In this document: positions 33,258 to 35,865 of the stretch, piece after piece | Numbering within the stretch: the first letter of the stretch is position 1 | Layout of the letters: every line of letters begins with the position of its first letter | Origin: Bacteroidales bacterium | GTDB taxonomy: Bacteria; Bacteroidota; Bacteroidia; Bacteroidales; UBA932 | Direction of reading: 5' to 3' | Assembly: GCA_017444905.1 (NCBI GenBank) | Contig: JAFSVP010000141.1 | Location: 1-35,865 of the forward strand | DNA length: 35,865 bases | Program-made: the position numbers and the translations under genes | Notes under the pieces: model-generated | The model's database searches: none | Seen by the model: only the letters and a program-made list of their open reading frames with translations | What the model was told of the DNA's origin: nothing

Positions 33258-35827
33258 AACCCGAAAGGAAGAATGCAAAGGAAGACGGCCAGGCCGACCA
33301 AAGCCACCGTACCCGTAGTCAGCCAGTCCGCGCCAAAAGTAAACATCCACTCACCACCGTGAACACCGGCGCCGAGCTGTATGTCACCAAGACTGAACAC
33401 CTCATGCCTATCATAGCTATCCCAGCCGATCAGAAGGCCGAAACGGGTCAGGAAATCTCCGCCGTGATAGCCAAAGGCACTGTAAAGGCTCAAGTCGGGG
33501 CGCTCCCAATCGAAGAGCGAAGACAAGCGGACGGAGGGGCCGATGGAGGCTGAAATGGTATTATCCAAGCCATACATAAATCCGGCATAAGCTCCCAGAT
33601 TGTTCTTCATCCACATTAAATCCGTACCGAACAGAAATTCTCTCTCTCCGATATCGTATGCAGCTGTAGCAAGGGAATGGATGGGAATATACTCGTTGTC
33701 AGCCACATCAAACATATATGCGAATGGTGCAATTATCACAGCCCCGGGAATATGCCAGGACAAGCCAAGAGTCGGAGTGAAAGAAGATGTAGAAGGGTTA
33801 TACATCGTCCCAAGCCGGAGATTGTATTTACTGTAAACTGATTTTTCTTCGCCGAAGCCAAGCTGCAATCCGCCCTCGTAAAAAAGACCGTCCTGACCGC
33901 CCAGCCCGGCACCTCCATAAAGGGAGAACGAAGTATTTGAATACTTTTTTGTGAGCCTCAACGAGAGGCCGCCGGAAAAGTAATAACTAAGCTTGTTCCA
34001 TCCGACAGATGCACTCCCGTAAAAGCCCGCAAAACAAGGCTGCCAGTTGAAATATGCTCCGGTAAGGAACTTGGAGTTACTAATGTCATAGCCCAACTGA
34101 AGGCCGGTGTATATGGAGGAATACGCATAAGGCTTCAGCTTCAGCTTTATTTCATTGGTACAGTTTGGCTCCACAGTAAAGTTTCTGGTCGCGTTTTGAT
34201 AATTGGGCGCCGAGGCTGTTATACTGTACGAACCTATTGCAAGAGGCTCGCTGCGATATGATCCGCCGCTTGAAACCAGTTTTTTACCATTTAAGGTAAG
34301 CGTTGCGTCTGAAGGTGACACTGCTACCTTGAAACGACCTTTTTTTATCGTTGGTGGTGGCAAGGCAACTTTCGTTTCTGTAAAACTGGTGACATTGAGC
34401 TCGTAAACGCCATTGTCATAATTTGCGCCCTTGCAGGTCTCGAATGTATAGGAACCTTTTGGCAAATAACCGCTCCACGACGGACCGTCTGTAAGAAAAG
34501 TTGAATTCAAGAGTATATCGGCCTTTTCCTGACTCGTGACGGTTATGCGGGCGTACTGCTCACCCCTCTTTAGCGTCGGCTTGAATTCCGCCTTCTTGCC
34601 CTTTGATATAACGATTTCGGAGTCATAGGTGATATATCCTTCCTTTACAATCTTTATATTATGCGTACCTATTTCGATTTCGTAGAAGAGGAAAGGAGTC
34701 TGGCCGGCCTCCTGGCCATCAAGGTAAATGTCCGCGAATTTCGGATCCGAATCCACATACAACGAGCCGGTTATGGGAACGGGCTTCGCTATTTTGAACC
34801 GTTGTCCGTTCTCACCTTTCTTTACGACGACAGTCGTGTACTGTGACTCGCAATTGGCCCTCCTGGCTTCCACCTCGTATTTCCCGCTGCTCAGCAGTCC
34901 GCTCCAAGAGCCTGTTCCGTACTTTTCACCCTTTATCCATATTTCCGCTTTGGAATCGTCAGTCGTTATGCTGACCGTTGCGGCATTGGAGACGAGTTCC
35001 GGCTTTATGACCGTTTCCTGACCGTCGGAGATGACAAAGTTTTTAGTGTATTTATCATGCAACGGCTTTATTATAGTTATTTTGTGTTTCCCGCTGGCGA
35101 GCTCGTAAGACGACAATGGTAGGGTTAGAGCGGTATTGTCATCAAGAATTGCTTTAGCTCCACTCAGCTCCGCTCCATCCACGACAAGATAGCCGAACGC
35201 TGGAACGAGCGAAATAGTGCATTCAACTTTACTTTCTGAGACAGTAACTGTTCCTTCTTTCGGATGATAGTTCTTGGCTTCGGCTTTCCATCTGTATGTG
35301 CCCGGGTTCATAAGGTCGGAAACGCCCTTCCCTTCGCCATCAAGAAGTATAGGTTCTCCATCGAAATGCAACACAGCATTATACGGAGATACAGTAAACA
35401 CGACGAATTGTGGTTTCCGCTTCTTTACTACGGTTTCCACCTTGTCCACGCTTAGCGTCAGGATATATACCGCCCCCTCATTCGGGAGAAGAGGGAACTG
35501 CCAGTGATCAAGTACTCCGAGTTTCGGATGCCTTATGGTGAGGCTCTTCGTAAGGGCGGGGATGTACACCCATGTCTCCCCTATTTTTTCCACGCTCTCC
35601 ACGCCCGACTGTCCGGCTTCAAAAGAGAAACCGTCAGTCGGTGGATTCGTACGGATTTTGATGATTGCACAGTTGCCGCCATTGCCGTCGTCACGCCTTG
35701 TGTCAGGCATCATGGCATCCTTTGACTCCGGGTCGGGCTTGAAGTTCAATACACTTATCCCCTGCGAAAGTGCCGGCAATGACCCCAAGACGGTTACTAT
35801 AATAGTAATAATCAGTTTTTTCATCAT
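33254..35827 (-). CDS. PEGA-repeat envelope protein with C-terminal beta-barrel-like region
   Basis: Signal peptide; repeated G.L.V.S.P..A.I.LDG...G.TP...G.H.I.I.K.GY motifs; C-terminal Gly/aromatic alternating strands. Confidence 0.88.
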   Translation of the reverse strand: MMKKLIITIIVTVLGSLPALSQGISVLNFKPDPESKDAMMPDTRRDDGNGGNCAIIKIRTNPPTDGFSFEAGQSGVESVEKIGETWVYIPALTKSLTIRHPKLGVLDHWQFPLLPNEGAVYILTLSVDKVETVVKKRKPQFVVFTVSPYNAVLHFDGEPILLDGEGKGVSDLMNPGTYRWKAEAKNYHPKEGTVTVSESKVECTISLVPAFGYLVVDGAELSGAKAILDDNTALTLPLSSYELASGKHKITIIKPLHDKYTKNFVISDGQETVIKPELVSNAATVSITTDDSKAEIWIKGEKYGTGSWSGLLSSGKYEVEARRANCESQYTTVVVKKGENGQRFKIAKPVPITGSLYVDSDPKFADIYLDGQEAGQTPFLFYEIEIGTHNIKIVKEGYITYDSEIVISKGKKAEFKPTLKRGEQYARITVTSQEKADILLNSTFLTDGPSWSGYLPKGSYTFETCKGANYDNGVYELNVTSFTETKVALPPPTIKKGRFKVAVSPSDATLTLNGKKLVSSGGSYRSEPLAIGSYSITASAPNYQNATRNFTVEPNCTNEIKLKLKPYAYSSIYTGLQLGYDISNSKFLTGAYFNWQPCFAGFYGSASVGWNKLSYYFSGGLSLRLTKKYSNTSFSLYGGAGLGGQDGLFYEGGLQLGFGEEKSVYSKYNLRLGTMYNPSTSSFTPTLGLSWHIPGAVIIAPFAYMFDVADNEYIPIHSLATAAYDIGEREFLFGTDLMWMKNNLGAYAGFMYGLDNTISASIGPSVRLSSLFDWERPDLSLYSAFGYHGGDFLTRFGLLIGWDSYDRHEVFSLGDIQLGAGVHGGEWMFTFGADWLTTGTVALVGLAVFLCILPFGL

Positions 35828-35865
35828 CGGCCCGGACTATAAGAAGTATTCATATTTCCCCGATG

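Overview
Bacteroidales-type chromosomal window (TAnnTTTG promoters, Bacteroidota-like housekeeping proteins, GC-rich core; genus not determinable by eye). Left to right: (1) 1-4.3 kb, an AT-richer accessory tract at the 3' end of tRNA-Ser(GCT), holding two ATPase/PD-(D/E)XK-nuclease fusions and a lipoprotein and punctuated by two degenerate copies of the tRNA 3' end. (2) comF, a long hairpin repeat element and a six-gene operon cdaA-mutS2-manC-mtaD-like-pepP-fabG, divergent from murA. (3) thrA-dapB-dapA, a small gene remnant and murB. (4) tRNA-Gly(GCC) followed by a ~175-bp tandem array that re-copies the tRNA 3' end. (5) A membrane-anchored alpha/beta hydrolase convergent with a 2412-aa C-A-T-C-A-T-R NRPS, which lies downstream of an internally deleted SpoIIE/PP2C phosphatase gene and an NSS-family Na+ symporter. 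(6) An AT-richer three-gene secreted module: PEGA protein with a duplicated beta-barrel-like C-terminus, LPP20-like protein, small secreted protein. Best novelty candidates are the reductase-terminated NRPS locus (predicted acyl-dipeptide aldehyde), the structured tRNA-linked elements at both tRNAs, and the PEGA/LPP20 envelope module. All family assignments are by-eye motif recognition, not database searches.
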